Assembly: GCA_023213395.1 (NCBI GenBank)
Contig: CM041465.1
Span: 173,111,741 to 173,175,740, forward strand
DNA length: 64,000 bases
From: Cycas panzhihuaensis
Lineage: Eukaryota; Plantae; Cycadophyta
Direction: 5' to 3'
The first letter of the stretch is position 1, and each line of letters starts with the position of its first letter. Shown here piece by piece: positions 53,201 to 64,000 of the stretch. The notes beneath the pieces are model-generated. The model saw only the letters and a list, made by a program, of their open reading frames with translations. It was not told where the DNA came from and ran no database searches. The position numbers and the translations under genes were made by a program.

Positions 53201-54547
53201 TCCCAAGCAAAATATTCTTGGGACATCTTGCAAAGGTTCAGGATGCATGATCGCAAGATGTCACTACTCCCATGGAGAATGTAACCAAGCTTACTCTTAA
53301 TGAGGAAGTCGAACCAAGCAGATCCCACTCGTTTCCAAGCGGTTGATTGGTAGTCTCATCTATCTCACCAACACTCGTCCGACATTTCATTTTGCGCTGG
53401 GATTTGTTCTCGATTCATGTCTCAACCTAATCAAGCATTGAAAGAAGAAACGCATACTCAAGTACATCAAAGGTACATTACAGCTTGGCCTTGAGTATGC
53501 ACATAAAGAGAACTTCACTTTGGAAGGGTTCTCTGATTCTGATTGGGCAGGATGCCAGGATAGCAAGAAATCAACCTGGAGTTACTGTTTTACTCTTGGT
53601 TCAACAGCTGTTTCATGGAGTTGCAAGAAGCAACCAAATGTTACCTTGTCCTCCACTGAAGCAGAGTACAAAGCTGCAGTCAGCGCAGCTTGCAAGGCTA
53701 TCTGGCTACGACGGATTCTTGGGGAGCTTGGACTTGAGTAGGAGCAGCCTACCAGTATTCATTGCGACAATCAGAGTGTGCTCAAGCTGACTAAGAATCC
53801 AGTGTCCCATGCACGGACAAAGCATATTGAAGTTCACCACCATTTCATCAGAGAGCATGTACACAGTGGTGAGATCAATCTTCAGTATCGACCAACAGAG
53901 CAGCAGACGGTAGATATCTTTACCAAGCCACTTAGTAGAGAGAAGTTTGTAAAATTTAGAGATGGTCTAGGGGTCCGACTTAACATGGTAAACAGTAAGC
54001 GGGGGTGTTAAACCTTATGTTTACATGTTAAGCTTTATGTACTTTATTTTAATGTATTATGTGCACTTGAATGTTTTATGTGCACTTTTGTACTTTAGGG
54101 GTGACTTTATCACTTAAGTGATAAAGTACACACCCACTTTATGTCTAGTGACATAACGTTGTCACTTATGTCACTTGAGGGTCAAATGACCCCCTTGCAC
54201 TTTTGCTCACAAGAGCTTCCAATGGACACTTGTCCTACACGCAAGCATGCATTGCATGATTGACACTTGTCAATCATGCAATAGCCTTTGGCCTCTCATT
54301 TCCCTCTATTTAATGAGGCCTCTCTTCATTGTTGCTCATTCAAGAGTTGGAGCTCATTGTTATTCTGTCCGTTTGCTAATCATGAAGCATTCTTTGGTGG
54401 TTGGACTAATTCCAACACCCCGTACTTGGTATTTTGATCTTGCTCCTCTTTCTCTTTGTGTTCTTTGTGTTTATGCTTAATGCATTTAATGGTATGGTGC
54501 TTTGTTAATGATCTTGGACCTATGTGGCCATTAGGCCCATTCTAACA
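47240..54547 (+). mobile_element. Element I: youngest, near-intact Ty1/Copia (7.3 kb), related to E
   Basis: LTRs 47240-47784 and 54006-54547 (about 98%; roughly 10 substitutions plus a 3-bp indel); TSD TATAG at 47235-47239 and 54548-54552; perfect PBS at 47787-47798; PPT ending at 54005. Confidence 0.97.
49811..54011 (+). pseudogene. Element I gag-pol with several stops and frameshifts
   Basis: ORF chain: gag 50026-50649, protease and pre-integrase 50809-51426, integrase 51442-52107, RT to 53300 (LYVDDL), RNase H 53520-54011. Confidence 0.95.
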
Positions 54548-54648
54548 TATAGCTCATATTCTTCCATTCAACCTTAATGGCATTAATGACAATGGACTGA
54601 ATCATGCTTGGGAGGAGATTTTGAGAAAGTGGATCTAGTTGGGATTCA

Positions 54649-56172
54649 TGAAAGACAACCAAAATAACAATCACACCCACAAGAAAATAAGAGCATAAGC
54701 ACATAAGCACACAAGAATATGGAGGAGAAGGAATTGATCCAAACTCCAAATAAGTTATATAAATCTCAACAGCATAACAATACACTCATCTCTCAATCTA
54801 TTATCTATATAAGAGAGAATGGTCTCTATATATAGATCAAAGAGCTCCCCCCAAGGTCACTACATGTTCGGCAAGTGTCAAACATGCATGGACTTGTGCA
54901 AACATGCCAAAAGACGAGAAAGAGGGTCATTGACCCTTTATGTCACAACACTAGGAAAAGTGCACACTTATACATTAAGTGTGTAATTAATACATAACAG
55001 TAAAACATAAAGATTCTAACACCCCCAATTAATATTTATATTGTTAAGTCATACCACAAAGCCATCTTGGAAATGCTCAAACTTTTCTCTACCAAGTGCT
55101 TTGTTAAAGATGTCTGCCAACTACTAATCTATAGGCCTATAGATGAGATCAATCTCACCGTTCTGAACATGCTCCCAAATGAAGTAGTGATGAACTTCAA
55201 TGTACTTGGTTCTAGCATGAAATATAGAATTCTTATTCATCTTGAGCACATTCTGATTGTCATAATATAATTTGACAGAATGTGTCTGTTCAAGTCCAAA
55301 CTTGCTAAGAATCCATCTGAGCCAGATAGTTTCACATGATGCATTGACAACAACTTTGTATTCTGCTTCTGTGAAAGAGAGAGTGACATTAAGTGGCTTC
55401 TTTCAACTCTATGAGGCAACAACTGACCCAAGGTTAAAACAATAACCTGAGGTTGATCTTCGACTATCCTGACAACTTGCCCAATCAAAATTTGATAACC
55501 CCTCCTAAATGGAGTTCTCATTATGTGTGTATTATAGCCCATGTCACAATGTACCTTTCAAATATCTAATAATACATTTGGAAGCATTCCAATATCTCCA
55601 ATTGGGTTGAGACATAAACCTAGAATAGATTCCAACAACATAAGTATGACTGGTCTAGCATTAGTCAAATAAATAAGACTACCCACTAGTTGCCTGAAAA
55701 AAAGTGGAATCTATTAATTTTGCTTCCTCATCATTTGACAATTTAATGTCGACCTCTATAGGAGTTGGCACAGATTTGTAGTCTTCCATGCTCAAGCACT
55801 ACAAATGGTCCAAGTATAATTTGCTTGAGATATGAAGATGTTGCTTGGTTGTTGCCACACCTCCATTTGCATTGAATTGCTAAGGCCATTACAAGTTTAA
55901 TGGTGTTCATATTTGCAACTAGTGCAAAAGCCTCTCCATAGTCAATGCCTTCTTTTTGCTTGAACTCTTTTGCCACCAGTCGAGTATTTTGTCACTCAAT
56001 TGAACCATTAGATCGAAACTTGGCTTTATAAATCCATTTACAATTGATTGCCTATTTGCTTTTAGGCAATTCAACCAAACCCCATGTTCCATTCTTTTGA
56101 ATTGAAAGGATTTCATCATTCATAGCAACTTTCCACTCATCTGCTTTGCATGCTTCCTCAAAAGTGGAAGGC
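54649..56172 (-). mobile_element. Element J: truncated Copia of the E/I type (3' LTR, RNase H, internally deleted RT)
   Basis: LTR 54649-55021 followed by a PPT; RT fragment [34 protein letters not shown]; homology ends at about 56172. Confidence 0.85.
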
Positions 56173-59100
56173 CAACTTGCCCAGATATAAAAGGTCAGTT
56201 TCAGAAGAGATAAACAAACACAGATCCATAGGTATGGAGTTCACAAATAGTGTGAGATGCTAAAAGAATAGGATAAAAAGGTTAGGTGGTCGTGGGGGGG
56301 AATGGCATGCACTACAAAATAAGAATACAGTAGTAGACCTATGAGACTGGAACAAGAAGAAAATGTTGTTTTACATAGTAGTAATACCAGCCATACTATA
56401 ATTGCGAAGTATCATTGCAAACCTAATAAAAAGATAATGAAAAGACACATAAAGGATGCTAAAAATATTTGCTACAAGATACATGAGAGTGCAAAGTAAC
56501 TCAGTATGAAATCGTGCTTGTTCAAACGAGTGTATCCCCTAGAATTAGAGGCTTTGTGCAGGTTGATACAATATAGACAAGGGGCTAGCAAGTTAGGTGA
56601 AGACCATATAACTAAATTAGTAATCAATGGCATCTCAAAGATACAAGAAAAAAGAGACATGGGGTAATGGCTGAGCTAGTGGGGTATCAAAGTGGACCGC
56701 CTGCAGAAGAAAGCATTTTTTGAGTTAGCATGTGCAGTGGATATACTTAATGAGACACAAAGAAGGAGAAGACAGGTTGAGGCAAGGAAAACTTCAATGT
56801 CAATTGTGAACATGAGATACTAAATATTTAACAGAACCAATACCCATGAGGCATAAACAATGAATTACACAAGTCAGAATGAGCTCACACCAATTAAGGA
56901 CTAAATCAGAAAAGGAAAGAGACCTAAGGAGAGTTGTGAAGAATAGATTTGCATCCCATGCAACCAAGAAAGAATAGAAACCGAAGAACAGAACAAGAAC
57001 ACCATGACAAGGAGATAACTTTCAGTCTTGGGACACCGCATAGAAAATATAGTCATAATGAGAAAGTATATCATAAACGAAAGCAAACAGAGAAAAGGCA
57101 CCAGCAAACTTCACAGTGAGACACAAAAGACCAAAGTCAGGCATGAAGATAAAGACACAAGTGCATGAGCAGAGCCTTCAACTGGAAATGTTGTTTCACT
57201 GCTACCCAATGTGCCAGTAGACATGATGTTCCTGAGCGGTAACAAGGGATGTACTGTACCTTGACAGTTCAGCATAAGCCATAAGAAAATTTGCTTTAAA
57301 AAACTCATAACTCTGCCCAAAACTTGCACAACTCTAACAGAATTCTGCCAAAATGTGCAGGATTGTGCTGCAAGTCTGCTAAATAATACCCAGAAATTGG
57401 TAAAACTTTGAAACATGACAATATAATTATCTTGCTTTTTTTCACTATTTCCTTTTGCTGTGTTTGCAATCACTATCGGCTCTGACGGGGCACTAAACAT
57501 TGGATTTGCAGAATTGGATCCTATGTATCTTATGGACCCCATGGGTAGTCATACATAACCATTACCATTGAGTCTTCATCAATTTTGTCTGTGGAGGTGA
57601 GGGGGAGAACTTGTGCCATAGCAGGTTTTGTGCTGTGAGAGGGGGGGAGGGGTAGTGAGAATCCCCAGAGAGGGAATTACTTAAGGCATATCAAAAAACA
57701 TCACTCCCCCAATACCAAGTGGGAATATAAAATAAATGGAAAGTGGAACAGATGATTGCATATTTCTATGGGCCCTTGGCTCAGCATTACTTCGAGAGAA
57801 AGAACAAACAAAATCCAAAAGGGCAAGGTAGAAGAAATGAACAGTCTAACGAAAAGGTAGATAGGCAAACGCAAGCTGAAACTCTCACAAAAGGGGGCCA
57901 AATGGGAAATCTAATATAGAGGCATGAAAGGCAAAAGGAAGCTGAAACTCACACAGATGAAGAGAGGAGGAGAAAATTCCAATGAATGCAATGAACATCA
58001 TGTGAGTACATGCAAGTAAAAGCCTCACTGGGGGCCTTACAGATCATGACGAGATAAGAGACAGAACCCTATTACCCCACCACAAGCCCCTTTTGAAGAA
58101 ACCCAAGGTTTATCAGAAGCTCAAATTCATATAATAATGAAGCAAAATGAGGAAATGACACAGCATGAAAGATATGCATGGAAGACCATACATGCAATAA
58201 AACTAAAGGAAGAGAACAAGAATCTGAAAATAAATGTGCACTAGATACAAGATGAAGCCAATGATTTGCTCACTGCAGCACATGAAGATTGGAAGGGAAC
58301 AAAAGATCATGGAAATCTCATAGATAAAGAAAGAAGCCAGGGAGAAACCTAATCATTAGGGGTACCAAATGAAAGAGAATGAAGAAAGAAAACCAAAGCC
58401 TGATAAAGGTTAGGAGACAGGTTGGAATGGAAGGAGACAACCATGCAAGCATAGAGACTAGGCAAGCATATAAAAGGAGGTAGAAAGAGTGCAGTACTTA
58501 TAACAGTAGAAGATAATGGATCAAGAAATGAAATCCTGAGATGCAAGACTTTTCTAAGAGGGTCAAACATCTATATATATGACAATTTAACAATTGGCCA
58601 AGAAGCTAAGAGAACAAAGGAATCAGAAACAACCATGCGACCACACTACAAGAAATGCAATCTTGAACTGCTAGATCAAACTGGTTTCCAAGTGAAAATA
58701 CATTAGTGAACTAACTTGTCAGCCTGTTAAGCATATTTAGCCTCCTCCTCCATTTAATTCTTTATTTTTGGCAACTTACCAGAGTGGCCAGAACCTTTGG
58801 TCTGGTTCAAATCCTGGCAGTTGCAGTAATGGCAGAAGGGAAAGTGTGAACTTAATATACATGAACATGCAAGGCAATAATTCTGCAAAGAGTACATTCT
58901 TTCATTCAAAGACATGCTTAGAAGCATTGACATGTTTCTCCAGAGTCTTCCTATGAACTGTCTTAGTTAAGTCAATGGAGTCTTCTGATTTCACCGCTCA
59001 ATCAAGTACTTGGAGACAATCTTACTCTATTCAATTCACACTCACTCTCAAGATACATTTCCTAAGAAAGAACGGTTTGTAACACCACAGAACAAAATTA

Positions 59101-59228
59101 TCAATACTTGGGAAAGCATGATGATTCTATATCAAGAAGCTTATGCAACATAATGACTAGCAATTTCGTCCAAATTTAACTATGACTAATAATGTTTACT
59201 GCCTTTGAAAATAGGAATAATGCCTTAC

Positions 59229-59333
59229 ATGCATTATATTAGAATTTGCTAGATCCTTTTTGTTCAAAACAATCAAACGCCTTTTGCAAGACAACACTTC
59301 CTGTAAGTCTTCATTTGCTGAAGTCAATGGAAT
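59229..59333 (-). CDS. SIN2: Internal exon (105 nt, phase 0-0) of a mitochondrial DAR/circularly permuted GTPase (SIN2/MTG1/RbgA family), carrying the G4 motif NKKD
   Basis: Minus strand reads ttattgtttctgaaacag|ATTCCATTG...ATAATGCAT|gtaagg and translates to IPLTSANEDLQEVLSCKRRLIVLNKKDLANSNIMH. This matches the recalled Arabidopsis SIN2 segment IPLSSANEDLQSQMSAKRRIIALNKKDLANPNVLN. Confidence 0.93.
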
Positions 59334-59540
59334 CTGTTTCAGAAACAATAACACATGTTAGTTAAAAATCCTAATAAATATCAGAGTATGACAATCTAAG
59401 TATTTTACCTCAGGAAATTGAATATAAATTTCAACTCCAATCCAAGGTTAGTGTTTTTGGACACAAGCTATAATCTGGCACCACTAGCTGTCAGAAATGC
59501 AATAAAACATTCAGGAGAATATCAAACAAACTATACCCTA

Positions 59541-60628
59541 TGATGAGTCACAAAGGAAGAGGAAAAGAAAGAAATCTATCCGATTGGGAGTAAGTGGAAA
59601 TATCCCATCACAGAACAGGGAGTCACTAAAAGCAAGGAGGTAAAGAACTCAAAAAGAAGTAGCCATAAGGAGTCACTGTTCTAGCCATTCCGACAATCAT
59701 TCCACCACTATATTAACCACTCTGAACTGTACAAACCATTCTAGACATTCCTAGAACTGTTCCTTCTGCTATACCCATTCTGGAATTTTTCTAGAAGTGT
59801 CTCTCTAGAATAAGTGTTTCCAGTAGATGTTCCTTGTTCCCTCTGACTTTCTATCGTAGAAAGTTTGAACTGTGGATCAGAAGACGTGTGGCATTCCTTG
59901 GAGAATGTTTCCCTCTTTGGGAGCCTAAAAGAACTGTGTGGAGGCAAGAAAGGAGTGAATGAAGTTAAAAGGGAGTCATGAAGAGATGTGGGGTGGAGGA
60001 ACAAGACTCTTATCTCCAAAAAATTGATACCGTATGATAGGAATGCTCCTCTACATTTAAGAGAAGGCTAATTTAACAAACTAAAAACTAAAAACTACCA
60101 GATAACCAACTAACTAGTTAACAAATCCAACTAACTTTCACTAACTTGACTAACTTAACTAAACTATGACATAATTAAACTTGAGTCACTTTTGTGCCCT
60201 TAGTGAACTCAATGTCAAAGTATAATATGTTATAATAAAGTACACAAGCTACACTTTATATGATATGGAAACGAGGAAGAAGGTGCAAATAACCACAATC
60301 AATCCAAAATTCCACAAGTATGAGAGAAATCAAACAACTTCACAAGCATTTGCACATAATGTGAAAAATAAATGCTAAGAATCACTCTGATTAATTTTAA
60401 AGTGAAAGTACAAATTTAAAGGTATTTGAACAGCCTTGATTAAAAATATCCTACAGCTCACAAGCCATGCGTAAACCAACTAATTGCTATCCGATCTAAG
60501 TGACAACAAAGCAACTCGTGCAATGAGAGTCTATCTTAAATAAATGATAGCTACCTACTGATTTTAAATCAAATCTAGTTGAATCTAGTTGAAGGGGGGA
60601 GGATACTCCCATGGAAGTATCCTCATCA
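59541..60628 (-). repeat. Cluster of LTR-like sequences including the probable 3' LTR (about 60261-60628) of the Gypsy element
   Basis: On the minus strand a purine tract GGGAGGAAA precedes TGATG at 60628. Several candidate ...ATCA ends exist (60261, 60035, 59541), so borders are uncertain. Confidence 0.45.
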
Positions 60629-63600
60629 ATTTCCTCCCAACAATAGATGCATTGGGCTCCACTGCGCCCAAGAGGTGAGAGAAATGCTAGACCATGTAGT
60701 GATGTAAGATCCACCAAGCCTGATGCAAGGGTTGCCCTTTCCTGGCAACCAAATATGAAGTGTTGGACCCTTGCCAAGTGTCTCGTATCTTTGTGTCAAA
60801 CGTTTATCAACCAATAAGGGTAGTTCAAAATCTAGGATCACTTACTCCAGGTGATTGATTGGAATGGTTGTCTCCAGGGTAGAATCCTCATAACGTTTGA
60901 GGAGCTCAGCGTTGACAACGTCATGTATCCCCAAATGCTATGGGAGGTCCAATCAAAATGCATTTGTGCCAATCTACTACAAGATGGTGCATGGTCCATA
61001 TCAAATGTGATTGATCTTGGGATGTGCCTTATCTTTGAGACAACACTTGTCGAGGCACAACCAAACTTGATCACCAACTTGGAAGTGATGTGGGACGTGC
61101 CATTTGTCTAATTATGCTTTGCTTATGTTTTGATTAGAATATCAATGACTTTGGACTGGAGGTCCTATAAGTGCTTGATGAAAGAAATGGCCTTGGCTTG
61201 CTCGAGGTGGGCATGTGAAGTAAAAGGATGAAATAAAGACAAAAGCAACTCATAAGGAGCAAGCAGGTGGAATTCATAATAGACTTCAAATGGTGAATGG
61301 AAAGTCGAAGAGTGAACAACACAATTGTAGGAATGTTCAATGTGTATTAGACTCGAATCCCATTTGGATGGAAAGGATTGGTTGAAAATATGGAGACATT
61401 GGATGAGTGTGTGGTTAACAGCTTCAGTTTGACCATCAGATTGGGGATGGAAGGCAATGGAAAAGTTAAGTTGTGTTCCTAAAAGTTTCCAAAGTGATCT
61501 CCAAAAGTGTCCCACAAAATGGGAATCTCTACATGAAATGATGCTAGATAAAATACCAAAGTTTTCCCGCACATGCTCAAAGAAGAGTTGGGCTAAGTGA
61601 GGAGTAGAAGCAAATTTGGAACAAGGGATAAACTTAGCCATTTTACTAAAATGGTCAACTATGACAAAGACACAATCATTTTTCCTAAGGATCATAAGAA
61701 AACCACTTACTAGGTCCATGGAGATGCTTTACCATGGATGAGACAAAAGAGGTAAAGGATGAGAAAGACTGAACGTGTGGTTTGAAGACTTTGACTGACA
61801 ACAAATAACACATCATCGAAGGTAGTGTAGCACGTCCTTTTACATCTTTGGCCAATAGAAAAACCACTAAAGATTATGTAAGGTCTTTTGTTTGCCAAAG
61901 TGCCCTCCATAAAGTGTCGAATGTGCTTCTTTTGGAAGCAAGTCCCTTGGTCCACTTGCAAGTACACACAACTTTTGAAATCGATACAAGAAGTGATCCT
62001 TGAGGTGAAAATCCCCGAATGACTCCATGTTAATATGGGTAAGGTGAGTTAATGCATTGTAGACTTAGCAATTCATGCATTGTAGACTTAGCAAAAATCT
62101 AGATCACTAGGATATAGAGAGGGCCACTCCTGAAAGCCAAAATCAGTCATAGTGAAAGTCTAGAAGGAGTTAAGGTAGGTGGTCTACTGAGACAATCTGC
62201 AACCTTGTTGGTGACACCCTTCTTATACTTGATCACTAAATGAAGCTGCTACATGTATGAAGCCCATTTAAAATTCCGTGCTTCTTAGATCTTATTTTGA
62301 GACTACAAAGGCATGTGAACTGTATGGATTATGGTTTCTTTTCCCAAGATGTAATGATGCCAATATTTGAGGCTTGAACTAAGGCATAGAGCTCTCTATC
62401 ATATGTGGAGTAATTTTGCTTGACCTAGGAAAAGGTTTCTGAATGGTAAGCAATGGGATGGCCATTTTGCTTAAGAACAACACCAAAAGCATAGTCGGAG
62501 GCATCAATCTCTATCTTGAAAGGTTGAGATAGATCTGGTAAACTCGAGATAGGGCAATGCATAGCAATTGTTTAAGGCATACAAAGGCATTAACTTGGTC
62601 AACAGTCCAAGTAAAAGGTACTTTTGCCTTAGTCAAGTGATGCAAAGGGTAGGCAATGTCAAAGTACCCAACGACGAATTTTCTATAAAAATTGACAGGT
62701 CCAAGGAAACTACGAAGCTGAGTAATGGTGGTGGGAGTGGGCCAATTTAGCAATATGTCAACCTTAGCTAGATCGGCTTTGACTCCATGTTCATTGATAA
62801 TGAAGCCCAAATAAGCTATATGTTTTTGCCCAAAAGAACATTTAGGGAGGCTCGCTTGAAGTTTGTGCTACCAAAGAATCTGCAATGTCAACTTGATGTG
62901 CCTCATGTGATCTATCCATGTCTTTGAAAAAATCATAATATCACCCAAATAGATGATAAGGAAATCATCCAAATGCTCCTGAAAAATCTTGTTCATCATC
63001 GCCATGAAGGTAGCAAGGGCATTTGTTAGCCCATAAGGCATAACTAGCCACTCAAATAATCATTGCTTAGTCTTGAGAGTTATTTTCCACGTGTCTCAAG
63101 ATTGACTCGGACTTGATGATAGTCACTCTTCAAGTCTATTTTGAAAAAATACTTAGCTCCTTGTAATTGGACTAAGAGATCATCTATGCGAGGCAAGGGA
63201 TACTTATTTTTTATGGTGATTTTGTTGAGGACCCTAAAGCCAACACATAGATGCCAAGCTCCATCTCTTTTTTTGACAAGGAGAATGGGGGAAGCACAAG
63301 GGAAAATACTAGGCTTGATGTTACCTTGTTCAAGCAACTTAGAGATTTGATGTTTAATTTCTTCATTTTGGAGAGTGGAAGTTTTATATAATGGGCAATT
63401 AGGGAGGGAGATGCTAGGTTGTAACTCAATGGTGTGATCAATAGACCTATGGAGAGGCAATGGAGTGGGTTCTTCAAACACGTTATAAAAGGATTCTAAT
63501 AGAGTATGGAGCTCCTGGGGAACTTATGGAGTAATTGGGAATTTTGTTCCTTAAGAAAAATTAGTGCCGAAGTTTTTGCTTGCTCAATAGCCTTCTTGAC

Positions 63601-64000
63601 CTATCTACATGTGACCAATAAATTTGGCATTAAACCTATTGAAGTGCATCTAATCACATGTTCTTTGTTTCCTCGGCATAAAGTGTAAGTGTTAAAGATA
63701 AGCATCATAGTTAGCCTTTATAACATATTGATAAGGCTTTCCCAATATCATTCCACAACAATCCAAATAAGTGACATCACAAGTCAGTCTATCCACAAAT
63801 ATAGTCCCAAAATCAAAGGAGTGCAAACATGTGTAATCACTGTGGATGTAGTGTCACCCTTCCATCCAAGGGTGGATTGATGAGGATGATGTTGTGTGGG
63901 TAGCTTAAGCTTATCTACAACACTCTTTGCAACTAGGTCCTTTTGAGAACCATTATCAAAAATGCAATCAACCTTTAAATCATGGGTTAGGTGGGCTCTT
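60629..64000 (-). mobile_element. Ty3/Gypsy chromovirus-type element, degenerate pol (RT, RNase H, integrase, chromodomain), running off the window
   Basis: RT ([29 protein letters not shown]), RNase H (IDASDYA), integrase (AFHPQSDGQTEAVN) in Gypsy order, and a chromodomain-like YLVARKGQPLHQAWWI near 60710-60757. Confidence 0.92.

Larger units (their letters stand above)
6499..59228 (-). other. Giant GT-AG intron (52,730 bp) of the SIN2-like gene, filled with retroelements
   Basis: Donor GTAAGG at 59228-59223 and acceptor CAG ending at 6499. The flanking exons encode contiguous protein with no missing residues. Confidence 0.88.

Noticed and set aside
53778-54011. pol frame ending inside the 3' LTR (also in E)
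   Set aside because: A common Copia arrangement, not novel.
57111-57542. 143-aa minus-strand ORF as a host or nested gene
   Set aside because: No recognisable domain; it is the antisense shadow of a purine-skewed block.
62052-62094. Short direct duplication ATGCATTGTAGACTTAGCAA
   Set aside because: An ordinary slippage or repair duplication in dead Gypsy pol.
1-64000. CRISPR arrays, tRNA/rRNA genes or prokaryote-type systems
   Set aside because: None seen. The TGGTATCAGAGC matches are retroelement primer-binding sites, not tRNA genes.

Overview
Plant nuclear DNA, most consistent with a large-genome seed plant such as a gymnosperm (inference). The only host gene is on the minus strand and is missed by the ORF track. 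Two short phase-0 exons, 59229-59333 (IPLTSANEDLQEVLSCKRRLIVLNKKDLANSNIMH) and 6421-6498 (KWTQHFDQYKQCCCFVNAHNKTYVKK), join in frame and match consecutive segments of the mitochondrial circularly permuted DAR GTPase SIN2 (RbgA/YlqF/MTG1 family). They are separated by a single 52,730-bp GT-AG intron. The upstream (EVRDAR) and downstream (G1 box) exons were not found and probably lie outside the window. Almost everything else is transposon. A nest resolved by LTR pairs and target-site duplications (TSDs) has Copia B, itself inside an older LTR, containing Copia C, which contains Copia D, an L1 LINE with RNase H, and Copia E. Also present are a plus-strand Copia G carrying a solo LTR and a truncated insertion H, a young near-intact Copia I, a truncated Copia J, an old non-coding LTR element A, and a chromodomain Gypsy at the right edge. 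All TE reading frames are disrupted. I found no convincing new gene system. The best leads are the giant intron loaded with sense-oriented LTRs, exon-like cassettes beside the real exons, a conserved (K)LPKWY motif in the integrase tails, a CHG-deamination stop-codon signature, and palindromic LTR motifs. Identity percentages are hand counts, and protein assignments are from recall rather than database searches.
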